The notes beneath the pieces are model-generated. The model saw only the letters and a list, made by a program, of their open reading frames with translations. It ran no database searches and was not told where the DNA came from. From contig JBEQAY010000030.1 of assembly GCA_041640075.1 (NCBI GenBank), positions 1 to 12,578 of the forward strand: a DNA stretch of 12,578 bases. The letters run 5' to 3'. The translations under genes and the position numbers were made by a program. This DNA comes from Candidatus Nanohaloarchaea archaeon (GTDB lineage Archaea; Nanohalarchaeota; Nanosalinia; Nanosalinales; Nanosalinaceae). Below, piece by piece: positions 1-7,800 of this stretch (positions are counted from its first letter, which is position 1; every line of letters starts with the position of its first letter).

Positions 1-41
1 GCCATTGTTTCAGCGACCTCGGTGTAGTTGTCAGCAGCCAT
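1..41 (-). CDS. 5' end of a minus-strand gene running off the window (MAADNYTEVAETM...); product not identifiable from 13 codons
   Basis: ATG at 41-39, SD-like AGGTGA at 55-50, TATA-like TTTAAATA at 88-81; frame open to the window edge. Confidence 0.75.
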   Translation of the reverse strand, partial: MAADNYTEVAETM

Positions 42-80
42 TTGTTTTGTCACCTTCTAGTAACACATTAACATTGCAGG

Positions 81-88
81 TATTTAAA
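81..88 (-). promoter_or_regulatory. Archaeal TATA box for the minus-strand gene starting at 41
   Basis: TTTAAATA on the minus strand; implied start site near 60 leaves a short leader containing AGGTGA. Confidence 0.6.
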
Positions 89-152
89 GGTTTGGTAGAT
101 TTGAGGGTTAATTCTTCCTGAGCAAGTTATCTCTCTGCAGGATAAAGTTTGG

Positions 153-160
153 TTTAAAAA
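153..160 (+). promoter_or_regulatory. Candidate TATA box for the rpl21e-rpoF unit
   Basis: TTTAAAAA at 153-160; an alternative is TTTATA near 180-185. Confidence 0.45.
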
Positions 161-200
161 GATTTGACCCGATATTTGCTTTATACGAGGTTAAAAATTA

Positions 201-256
201 ATGAGCGAAATTCAAGGAATTTCTGATCATGCAGAAAATCGCGGAGGCGATTTTTG
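201..256 (+). promoter_or_regulatory. Structured 5' leader of rpl21e: two tandem hairpins, the second containing the SD
   Basis: GAAATTC(207-213)/GAATTTC(217-223) stem extended by ATGA(201-204)/TCAT(227-230); AAAATCGC(235-242)-GGAG-GCGATTTT(247-254); GGAGG at 243-247. Confidence 0.55.
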
Positions 257-257
257 A

Positions 258-548
258 ATGGCACAGAAATCTCAAGGTTCTCAGCAGGGAGCAAGACAGA
301 CACTGAAGAGAGACAGGAGAGAAAGAACTACAGTAAACGACAGACTTCAAAGCTTTGAAGAAGGAGAAAAAGCACTGATCCACGTTGACTCTTCAGTTCA
401 GGAAGGTAGACCTCACATGAGGTTCCACGGAAAAACAGCAGAAGTGACAGGAACACGTGGAGACGCCTACATCGTGAAGTTTGACGAAGGCGGACAGGAG
501 AAAACCCTGCAGATCGACCCGGCACATCTCAACGAGATCGAGGGTTAA
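258..548 (+). CDS. rpl21e: 50S ribosomal protein L21e
   Basis: 96 aa; FEEGEKALIHVDSSVQEGRPHMRFHGKTAEVTGTRG and terminal PAHL match the L21e signature; SD GGAGG; adjacent to rpoF. Confidence 0.96.
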   Translation: MAQKSQGSQQGARQTLKRDRRERTTVNDRLQSFEEGEKALIHVDSSVQEGRPHMRFHGKTAEVTGTRGDAYIVKFDEGGQEKTLQIDPAHLNEIEG

Positions 549-551
549 AGC

Positions 552-887
552 ATGAATATTGAAGATCAAGAGTACGTTTTCCCGGTAGAAGTACGGGAAG
601 CTCTTGAGGCAACAGATGAAGATGAAAGAACTCACGAGCAGAAGATTGCTCTTGAGAACCTGACACGTCATACCCAGGTTGAAGATATTGGAACTCTTGA
701 AGAACTTTTCGAGGAGCTTTCAGAGATCGAGTCCTTGAAGGACAAGCATATCTACAAGCTGCTTGAGGTTATACCTCAGTACGAATCATCTCTCAGAGCA
801 GTTTTCTCCGACGAAAGGATCAGGCTGGATGATTCAGAGTTCGATGAGATACTCGAGATCTGCAAGTCAGTGGATGTAGAGGAGTAA
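552..887 (+). CDS. rpoF: DNA-directed RNA polymerase subunit F (Rpo4)
   Basis: 111 aa; HEQKIALE...KLLEVIPQYESSLRAVFSDERIRL...EILEI pattern; canonical position between rpl21e and DUF655. Confidence 0.9.
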   Translation: MNIEDQEYVFPVEVREALEATDEDERTHEQKIALENLTRHTQVEDIGTLEELFEELSEIESLKDKHIYKLLEVIPQYESSLRAVFSDERIRLDDSEFDEILEICKSVDVEE

Positions 888-949
888 CCCTTTTAACATC
901 CGGATTCTGATAAGAAACATACGGCTAGTTTTACAGGTGTTAATCAAGA

Positions 950-1486
950 ATGGCTGATAAAGACGAATACGTACTGGTACTGGATTTCCTTGAGCACGGT
1001 CACTCCGGCGAAAAGGATGACAGAGTCGCACAGGGAATAGGAAAAGATAATTACACACTTCTAGAGGTCGTTATGCGTGAAGACAAGAGACCAAAGGGAG
1101 GAGAAGAACTCTACATCGGAGAAGGAGACAGGGAAAAAGTCCAGTTCATCAAAAGAAGAATAGAATACGACGACCTGACCGGCAACGCACAGAAAGAACT
1201 CAAGTACGTTCTTCAGGAACTTATCGGCCAGAAAGAAGACGAGTTCGTCGAGTTCTTTAACAACGCCACGCCTGTAACACCTAGAAGACACGCCTTTGAG
1301 CTTCTGCCAGGTATCGGAACCAAGCACATGCAGACGATACTGGACGAAAGAGAGAAAGAAGACTTCGAGGACTTTGAGGACATCAAGGAAAGAGTACCTT
1401 CGATACCGGATCCTGAGAAGGCGATCAACGACAGGATCTTGGAAGAACTAAAGGGAGAGACCAAGAACAAGCTCTTCGTTAACTAA
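950..1486 (+). CDS. DUF655 family putative RNA-binding protein (OB-fold-like plus helix-hairpin-helix)
   Basis: 178 aa; VLDFL..G, AQGIG...YTLLE, LYIGEGDREKV, FVEFFN.A.P.TPRRH..ELLPGIG.K; SD-like AGGTG at 935-939; conserved synteny. Confidence 0.92.
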   Translation: MADKDEYVLVLDFLEHGHSGEKDDRVAQGIGKDNYTLLEVVMREDKRPKGGEELYIGEGDREKVQFIKRRIEYDDLTGNAQKELKYVLQELIGQKEDEFVEFFNNATPVTPRRHAFELLPGIGTKHMQTILDEREKEDFEDFEDIKERVPSIPDPEKAINDRILEELKGETKNKLFVN

Positions 1487-1489
1487 AAA

Positions 1490-1499
1490 TTTTTCTTTT
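1490..1499 (+). terminator. Possible oligo-T archaeal terminator after DUF655
   Basis: TTTTTCTTTT just after the stop codon. Confidence 0.4.
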
Positions 1500-1507
1500 C
1501 TAGTTTT

Positions 1508-2305
1508 ATGGATCTACAGCAGGAGCTGAAGAAACTCGGTATACAGCCAACGCACGGCCAGCACTTCATAAACAATGAGATAGCTGTAAGAAAATTTCTC
1601 AACCAGGCTGAAACCAGGGGAAAAACGGTTCTCGAGATAGGTTCTGGTACAGGAAGTATCACGGGACACATAGACGCCAGAAAAATCTATGCAGTGGAGA
1701 AAGACACTGTGCTGGCGCAGCACCTTCGATCAAAAACTTTTGACACAGATGTAGAAGTTCTGAACAAGGATTTTCTGAAGATGGAGGTTCCTGAGGACGT
1801 TGAGTACATACTTGGAAATCTGCCGTTCCAGTTAAGCTCTGATATACTTGAAAGAGTCGCTGAACTACAGTTACCGGCTGCATTTATCGTACAGGACGAG
1901 CTTGCCGACAAGGTTGTGGCTTCTCCTGGTGAATCAGAGTTCAATTTTTTCTCCTTCAAGATGAGCTATTTCTTCATACCTGTGAAGGCCGGAGAGATCT
2001 CCTCAATAAATTACTATCCAGAACCTGAGGTGGATACTGCTGTGCTGAAGCTTTTCCCGGAAAAGTACAGCGACCTGGATGAAGAGGAGGAGTTCCTGAA
2101 TTTTGCGAAGGCGCTTTTCACGCATCGGAGGAAAAAAGTGAGGAATGCAGTGGTCGATGCACGGAACATTCTGGGAGAGGAGAAAGATGTTCTTAAAGAG
2201 ATCAGAGACGAACTTCCTCATTCCGAAAAAAAGGTTTACGAGCTTGAAGTCGTTGAGATGCAGGAAGTTTTCCAGAGATTCCAGAGTTTCAAGGCATCAG
2301 ATTAA
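1508..2305 (+). CDS. rsmA: 16S rRNA adenine dimethyltransferase RsmA/KsgA/Dim1
   Basis: 265 aa; GQHF, VLEIGSGTG (SAM motif), AVEKD, GNLPFQLSS, YPEPEVDTAV, LFTHRRKKVRNA; synteny. Confidence 0.93.
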   Translation: MDLQQELKKLGIQPTHGQHFINNEIAVRKFLNQAETRGKTVLEIGSGTGSITGHIDARKIYAVEKDTVLAQHLRSKTFDTDVEVLNKDFLKMEVPEDVEYILGNLPFQLSSDILERVAELQLPAAFIVQDELADKVVASPGESEFNFFSFKMSYFFIPVKAGEISSINYYPEPEVDTAVLKLFPEKYSDLDEEEEFLNFAKALFTHRRKKVRNAVVDARNILGEEKDVLKEIRDELPHSEKKVYELEVVEMQEVFQRFQSFKASD

Positions 2306-2332
2306 AATAAAGGAAAGGTACAACTTGTTTAT

Positions 2333-2653
2333 ATGAAGAAAGCTTTTGCCGTAGGTTTCTGTCTTGTACTTGTCACTTCGGGAGCCTCTGCTTCTCTTGT
2401 ACCACAAAACATGACACTGGACGTCAACCTGAACCTTGAAGGCGTGTTCGGTGGTGGAGAGGAACAGCAGGAGGAAGAAGAGCCTGAAAACAACACCTAT
2501 GGTGAACGAGTGGGAGGTCAGTCCGTGCACACAGAGCAGCGTTCAAACGATCCTGAGGTGCAGAGGAACACAGAGGAGATGAAGGTCACCAACGACGAGG
2601 TTGCCAGTGCAGAAGATCCGATCGTGGCATTCTTTTCCGATCTCTTCGGGTAG
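2333..2653 (+). CDS. Small secreted acidic hypothetical protein
   Basis: 106 aa; signal peptide MKKAFAVGFCLVLVTSGASA; Glu-rich low-complexity middle; C-terminal DPIVAFFSDLFG; TATA-like TTAAAATA at 2302-2309. Confidence 0.8.
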   Translation: MKKAFAVGFCLVLVTSGASASLVPQNMTLDVNLNLEGVFGGGEEQQEEEEPENNTYGERVGGQSVHTEQRSNDPEVQRNTEEMKVTNDEVASAEDPIVAFFSDLFG

Positions 2654-2744
2654 GTAAAATATTTACCCAGAGAATTTCCAGTATGAGAAATCCTGTGACT
2701 TCGAACAGGGTAGAGTATTTATTTTTACGGCCTTGAATTTGATT

Positions 2745-4310
2745 ATGCCGAAGTGGATTTTTGTTACAGGAGGGGTTCTTTCAGGACTGGGCAAGGGCCT
2801 GGTTTCTGCAAGTGTTTCAAAACTTCTACAGCTAAGAAGACAGGAGATGGTGCCGATCAAATGTGACGGCTACCTGAACGTTGACCCAGGAACCATGAAC
2901 CCGCATGAACACGGAGAAGTCTTCGTCCTTGAGGACGGAACAGAGGTCGACATGGACTTCGGACACTACGAAAGATTTCTGGGCATCAACTCGAAAGGAG
3001 ATTGGAACCTGACGTCAGGAAAGATTTTCCAGGAAGTTATAAACAAGGAACGAGAAGGAGAGTATCTTGGTAAAACAGTTCAGATGGTTCCACACGTTAC
3101 AGACCAGATAAAGGATACATGGAAGGAAAACGCTGAGGAAGAAGATGCTGACATCGTAATCGTAGAAATTGGGGGAACAGTTGGCGATATGGAGAACCAG
3201 TTCTACCTTGAAGCTGTCAGACAGTTAAGAAACGAACTTCCGGATGAGGACACGTATCTAATACATACTACACTTGTACCTTATCTGGAAACTGTTGGAG
3301 AACAGAAGACAAAGCCTACACAGCACTCAGTGAAGGAGTTGAGGGAGCTGGGGCTTGAAGCAGACATGATAGTCGGCAGAAGCGACGACGAACTGGATGA
3401 TGAATCAATCCAGAAGATTTCGCTCTTCTGTGACGTACCGGAGGAGAACGTTATCTCGGATCCGAACCTTGAGACAGTCTACGAACTCCCGCTGGTTTTC
3501 GACGATCAGAATGTTGGAGAGATTATTTCGGGCAAACTGAATCTACCTGAACAGACCGGAGACCTTGTTGAATGGCGTGAGAAAGTTGGCAACCTGAAGA
3601 AAGAGCCGGTTTCAAAGATTGCATTATGTGGAAAGTACACAGATATGGATGACTCGTATGCTTCCATAGAGGAGGCCTTGAGACATTCTGCCGTGGAACT
3701 TGGCGGTTCAGTAGAGATCGAGCAAGTCGACACCGAAGATTTCACTCCAGAAGTTCTTGAAGGGTTTGACGGCGTGATCATTCCAGGAGGCTTCGGTTCT
3801 CGTGGAGTTCAGGGCAAGATAGATGCTATCCAGCACTGCCGTGAAAATAATATTCCGATACTTGGAATATGCTACGGAATGCAGCTGATGACTGTAGAGT
3901 TCGCCAGAAATATCCTCGGCCTGGATGCTGCCTCCGAAGAGTTCGAAGAAGGTCACGACGATCTTATAGTTAAGGAGATGCAGGAGCAGAAGGATATAGA
4001 GAAGATGGGAGGAACTATGCGCCTTGGAGCATACTCTGCAGATGTTTCAGGCAGAGTAGCAGAAATCTACGGATCTGACCGGGTTGTTGAAAGACACAGA
4101 CACAGGTTTGAGCTTAACCCTGCCTATGAGGAGCAGCTTGAGGAGAAAGGTCTGAAGATTTCCGGAAGAAACCCTGAAATGGGCTTGGCTGAGTTCGTTG
4201 AGCTTGAAGACCATCCTTTCTTCGTGGGTACACAGGCGCATCCGGAGTTCACCTCCAGCTTTGAAAACCCGAATCCTCTTTACCTTGAGTTCCTGAGATC
4301 GACTGTATGA
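2745..4310 (+). CDS. pyrG: CTP synthase (glutamine-hydrolysing)
   Basis: KWIFVTGGVLSGLGKG, YLNVDPGTMNP.EHGEVFV, DMDFGHYERF, KTKPTQHSV, PGGFGSRG, GICYGMQ (catalytic Cys), ERHRHRFE, QAHPEF. Start moved from TTG 2733 to ATG 2745 to fit the family N-terminus and TATA spacing. Confidence 0.98.
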   Translation: MPKWIFVTGGVLSGLGKGLVSASVSKLLQLRRQEMVPIKCDGYLNVDPGTMNPHEHGEVFVLEDGTEVDMDFGHYERFLGINSKGDWNLTSGKIFQEVINKEREGEYLGKTVQMVPHVTDQIKDTWKENAEEEDADIVIVEIGGTVGDMENQFYLEAVRQLRNELPDEDTYLIHTTLVPYLETVGEQKTKPTQHSVKELRELGLEADMIVGRSDDELDDESIQKISLFCDVPEENVISDPNLETVYELPLVFDDQNVGEIISGKLNLPEQTGDLVEWREKVGNLKKEPVSKIALCGKYTDMDDSYASIEEALRHSAVELGGSVEIEQVDTEDFTPEVLEGFDGVIIPGGFGSRGVQGKIDAIQHCRENNIPILGICYGMQLMTVEFARNILGLDAASEEFEEGHDDLIVKEMQEQKDIEKMGGTMRLGAYSADVSGRVAEIYGSDRVVERHRHRFELNPAYEEQLEEKGLKISGRNPEMGLAEFVELEDHPFFVGTQAHPEFTSSFENPNPLYLEFLRSTV

Positions 4311-4828
4311 CGGTTTACCAGCCCCGCGAGGATTCAAACCTGCTTGCAAAGCAGATACTGGAGAAAGATCTGGAAGGGCAGAGATGCCTTGACATGGGGA
4401 CAGGAACCGGCATCATAGGAGAGAAGATGGTCAGATCAGGGGCTGAAGAAGTCGTCGCCGCTGATATAAACCCTGAAGCTGTTGAAGAAGCTTCCGAAAG
4501 ACTTGAAGATCACCAAAATGTGGAGGTAGTTCAAAGCGATCTTTTCGAGAATATTGAAGGAAAATTTGATCTTATCGCATTCAATCCTCCTTATCTCCCG
4601 GGTGAGGATCTGGATGAGGATATTGATGATAGAGAGATCTGGCGCGGAGGTGATTCCGGGGAAGAGTTCACGGAGGAGTTTCTGGAAACTGCAAGAGACT
4701 ACCTGAAGGAAGATGGAGAGATAATCTTTGTGGTGAGTTCTCTTTCCGACTTTGACTGCAGTGATTACGAGATCCTGGATACGGAAGAGCTTTGGTTTGA
4801 GGATATTTACATCCTGAGAACCGAGTAA
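4307..4828 (+). CDS. HemK2/MTQ2 (archaeal PrmC-like) SAM-dependent methyltransferase, probable release-factor glutamine methyltransferase
   Basis: 173 aa; VYQPREDSNLL, LDMGTGTG, ADINPEA, SDLFE, FNPPYLP, terminal LWFE; ATGA overlap with the pyrG stop. Confidence 0.9.
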   Translation: MTVYQPREDSNLLAKQILEKDLEGQRCLDMGTGTGIIGEKMVRSGAEEVVAADINPEAVEEASERLEDHQNVEVVQSDLFENIEGKFDLIAFNPPYLPGEDLDEDIDDREIWRGGDSGEEFTEEFLETARDYLKEDGEIIFVVSSLSDFDCSDYEILDTEELWFEDIYILRTE

Positions 4829-4859
4829 TTTTTAACGGAGATACCACCTAAATTATAAT

Positions 4860-7800
4860 ATGTACAGTTATCGGAGAAAAGTGATTCCTGTACTGGTTGT
4901 CTTACTTTTTTCAGCCAGCATGGCATCTGCTGCACTGAGCATCGAAACTTTTGATGGAGACCTGGATATAAACACTATTTCACCAGAGTCACAGGCTGCC
5001 CAGATAGTCCAGGTACTGGATGGTCAGGGTGAACCTGTGAATGAATCCACACTTCTAAACGCTTCCGGAAATGAGTTCGAATATCAGTATGACAGTAACT
5101 GGAGCGATATGAATCATATAGTTGATGGTTATTACTACGCGCTTTTCGAAACTAACTCTACTGTAAGGAATATCCAGTACCGTATAATTGACCAGTCGCC
5201 TGGAGGAGGAGAAACCAGTGAGGTGGAAGAACTAAGTACCGGAAAGCTCGATGTAGATATAAAGAACAATTTTACAGGAACATTTGAGGCCGGCAGTACC
5301 GTTACAGTAGAAGCAGAGGTTGAGAACAACGGTTTCTACTACTCAGTTTATGGGACAGATGGAGAATTGATTATAACTGACAATGGAGGATTTCTTACTT
5401 ATTCTGCTACTGAAGACACACTTCTGGCTGGGTCCTCTCCCGAAGATGGAGCATTTCTGTCTAGTACCAATCCTTGGCAAACATCGGAACACGTAGTGGC
5501 CATGACAGATTCCAGTCCAAATGATGACTGGAACCCGGGAAGTGATCTGATTGTTCTTGATCACTATGCCGGGGGAACTGTTTCGACAGGCCAGGATCCG
5601 GCCATAAATACAGGTTCAGATGACGAAGTTGATACAGAGGGAGGAAAGATGCTGAATGAGATGTCAGTTATCACTGATTCGAAATACTTCGTCTCCAGTG
5701 ATGCAGAGCTTGATGAAGGTGAACCTGTAGTTTTTGATAATGATTCCGACAGTATATATACAGCACAGCCAGACAAACTTATAGCTGGAAATGAACCCTC
5801 AGAGGGCACAGAAGTTACGTTCACAAATTCAATCCCGGAGCGGATGGGTATAGCCTCTTATGATGAGAACACTGATGGAGCTGGCTTCGATTCAACCGAA
5901 GATCTAGTGGTTTTCGACAGGGATGATGATGGAATGTTTACTGATAGAGAAGACGTTGTTTTATTCGGTTCCACCCCTCCTGAGGCTGCGGATTTAAACA
6001 AAAGCCATATGACCTCCTGGACTGATGAGGATTACACAACTGCGAGAGCCGGTGATCTAGAAGTTTTCGATGCTGATGCTGATGGAGGATCCTGGAACTC
6101 TTCTGAAGACGGCATATGGATAGAGAGTGGAGATTCAAATGGCTATCAGGAAACTCAGGATACCTTAGTTGCAGGTAATCCGCCTGCAGGAGTTGCTCCA
6201 AACCAGGTTGAAGACCTCTTCGATCAGTGGCAAAACATATCAGGATATGATCGGAATAAAGGAGATACTGGATTTGATCCTGATGCAGATGCAGTTATAA
6301 GAGATCTCAATGGAGGAGGCACCTATTCTGAGAATTCTGACACCATAGTAGCAGGCTCAGTAGCTTCCGACTCGAACTTTGGTGGTGGAACCACCTTAAC
6401 CTCGCCTGACGGATTCCCTGAGGACTGGAATCTAGATGTCATAGAGTCTATAGACGGCGGTACCTGGGATTCTAGTCAAGATACAATACTGAGGGATTGG
6501 AATGATGGAGGAACTTACTCTCCAAGAGCTGATCAGGTGGTAAACTCGGGAGGATCAGTTGATGCTGCATCAGGAACTGATTTACAGCCGGTCAATTCTG
6601 TCTCATCTGATCTGATGTGGTCAGATGTAGACGGTGATGAAATGTATGACAAGGGAGATGAAATATTCCATGACTCGGATGATGACGGCCTTTATACCGC
6701 GCAGAGCGATGAACAGTTGGCAGGTCTCTCACTTGATGTTGTGGAGCCAGGTACGCCACTTCAGGAGGCGAATCTGTGGCAGGAAACATCTGATGACAGC
6801 ACCCCTATTCTCTTCCATGACTTCTACAGTGGAGATGGATGGGACTCATCTGATGATGCCATAGTTCATGATCTTGACGAAGATGGCGCCTATACTGGAG
6901 AAGCTGATAGAATTGTGGAGGGAGATAGATCGATGGCCGAAAACGGTGACCTTCTAACTCCAGCTAATGCAACAAATAATTCCAATCCCAACGTAAATGC
7001 TTTCATAACCACAGGAAGCAATACTTCGCAGGTTTTACAGCTCGCAAGAACTGAAGAGGGAGTATATACCGGAGATATACAGATACCAGAGGTGCATGGA
7101 ACAAGAATGCTTGTACAGGTCACTGCTGAGACACCGGTATCGGATCTACGTGGGATGTCATCAGAGACTTTGAGAACACGCGCTAAGGGTATAGGTTTTG
7201 ACCTTGAGTACGACTCGGTGAATCTTGGTATACAGAAAAAAGGTGAATACAGCAGGGAAATAATGGTCCAGAACCTGCTGGAGGATGATACAAATCTGAT
7301 TGACGTAAACGTCAGTGAGGAGTTGCAGAATATCACTTCAATAGATAGCTCCCTTGATTTACCTGCTGATGGAAATTCTACACTCAACATGACTTTCGGC
7401 GTTGAGGACATTGAAGATGCAGAGGGCGAAATAACGTTTACGGAAGTGGAGACAGGTATAACAGAACAGGTAGAGGTTGAACTCAACAGTCCTGAGTGCC
7501 AGGCCCGCACTTCAACTCTCTGCATCACGTCCGCAAGCAGAGTAGACCTGGTGACAGATGAAAGAGGAAACTTTACAAGAAGCCTGAACATGGTGAATAT
7601 AGGCGACAAAGGATCTGAACGAAACCCTGAAGTGGCAATTGAAGGAAATATATCTGAGCATGTCAGTATCGGAAATCTGACAGGATTTTCAGATCAATCT
7701 AATCTAGAGGTCAACTTCGAAGCTGATACACCAGGGAACTTCTCTGGAGAAATGCTGATCAACTCCTCTGGAGAGATAGTTATCCCGTTGACGTTGGAGT

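Noticed and set aside
116..145. Weak inverted repeats TCCTG/CAGGA and TTATC/GATAA
   Set aside because: Only 5-bp arms, mutually overlapping, expected by chance
201..230. Possible C/D box or kink-turn (ATGAGCGA ... CTGA) in the rpl21e leader
   Set aside because: Box C match is poor and the flanking canonical stem cannot be formed
2692..2709. TTCGAA in a small hairpin resembling a tRNA T-arm
   Set aside because: No GGTTCGAATCC context, acceptor stem or cloverleaf
2733..2744. ORF-track TTG start for pyrG (and TTG 9612 for the minus-strand ORF)
   Set aside because: Downstream ATGs at 2745 and 9597 fit TATA spacing, and for pyrG the family N-terminus
4307..4828. NPPY protein as a DNA adenine methyltransferase of a restriction-modification system
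   Set aside because: VYxPxEDSxLL N-terminus, small size and context indicate the HemK2/PrmC family; no nuclease nearby
5364..6962. Repeat region as a CRISPR array or DNA tandem repeat
   Set aside because: Periodicity is only at the amino-acid level inside an intact ORF; I saw no identical nucleotide repeats
6890..7609. 239-aa antisense ORF and the other minus-strand ORFs overlapping the called genes (e.g. 10262-10699, 11016-11510, 1061-1327)
   Set aside because: Ser/Phe/Leu-rich shadows of acidic sense-strand codon usage; no motifs, and they overlap well-supported genes
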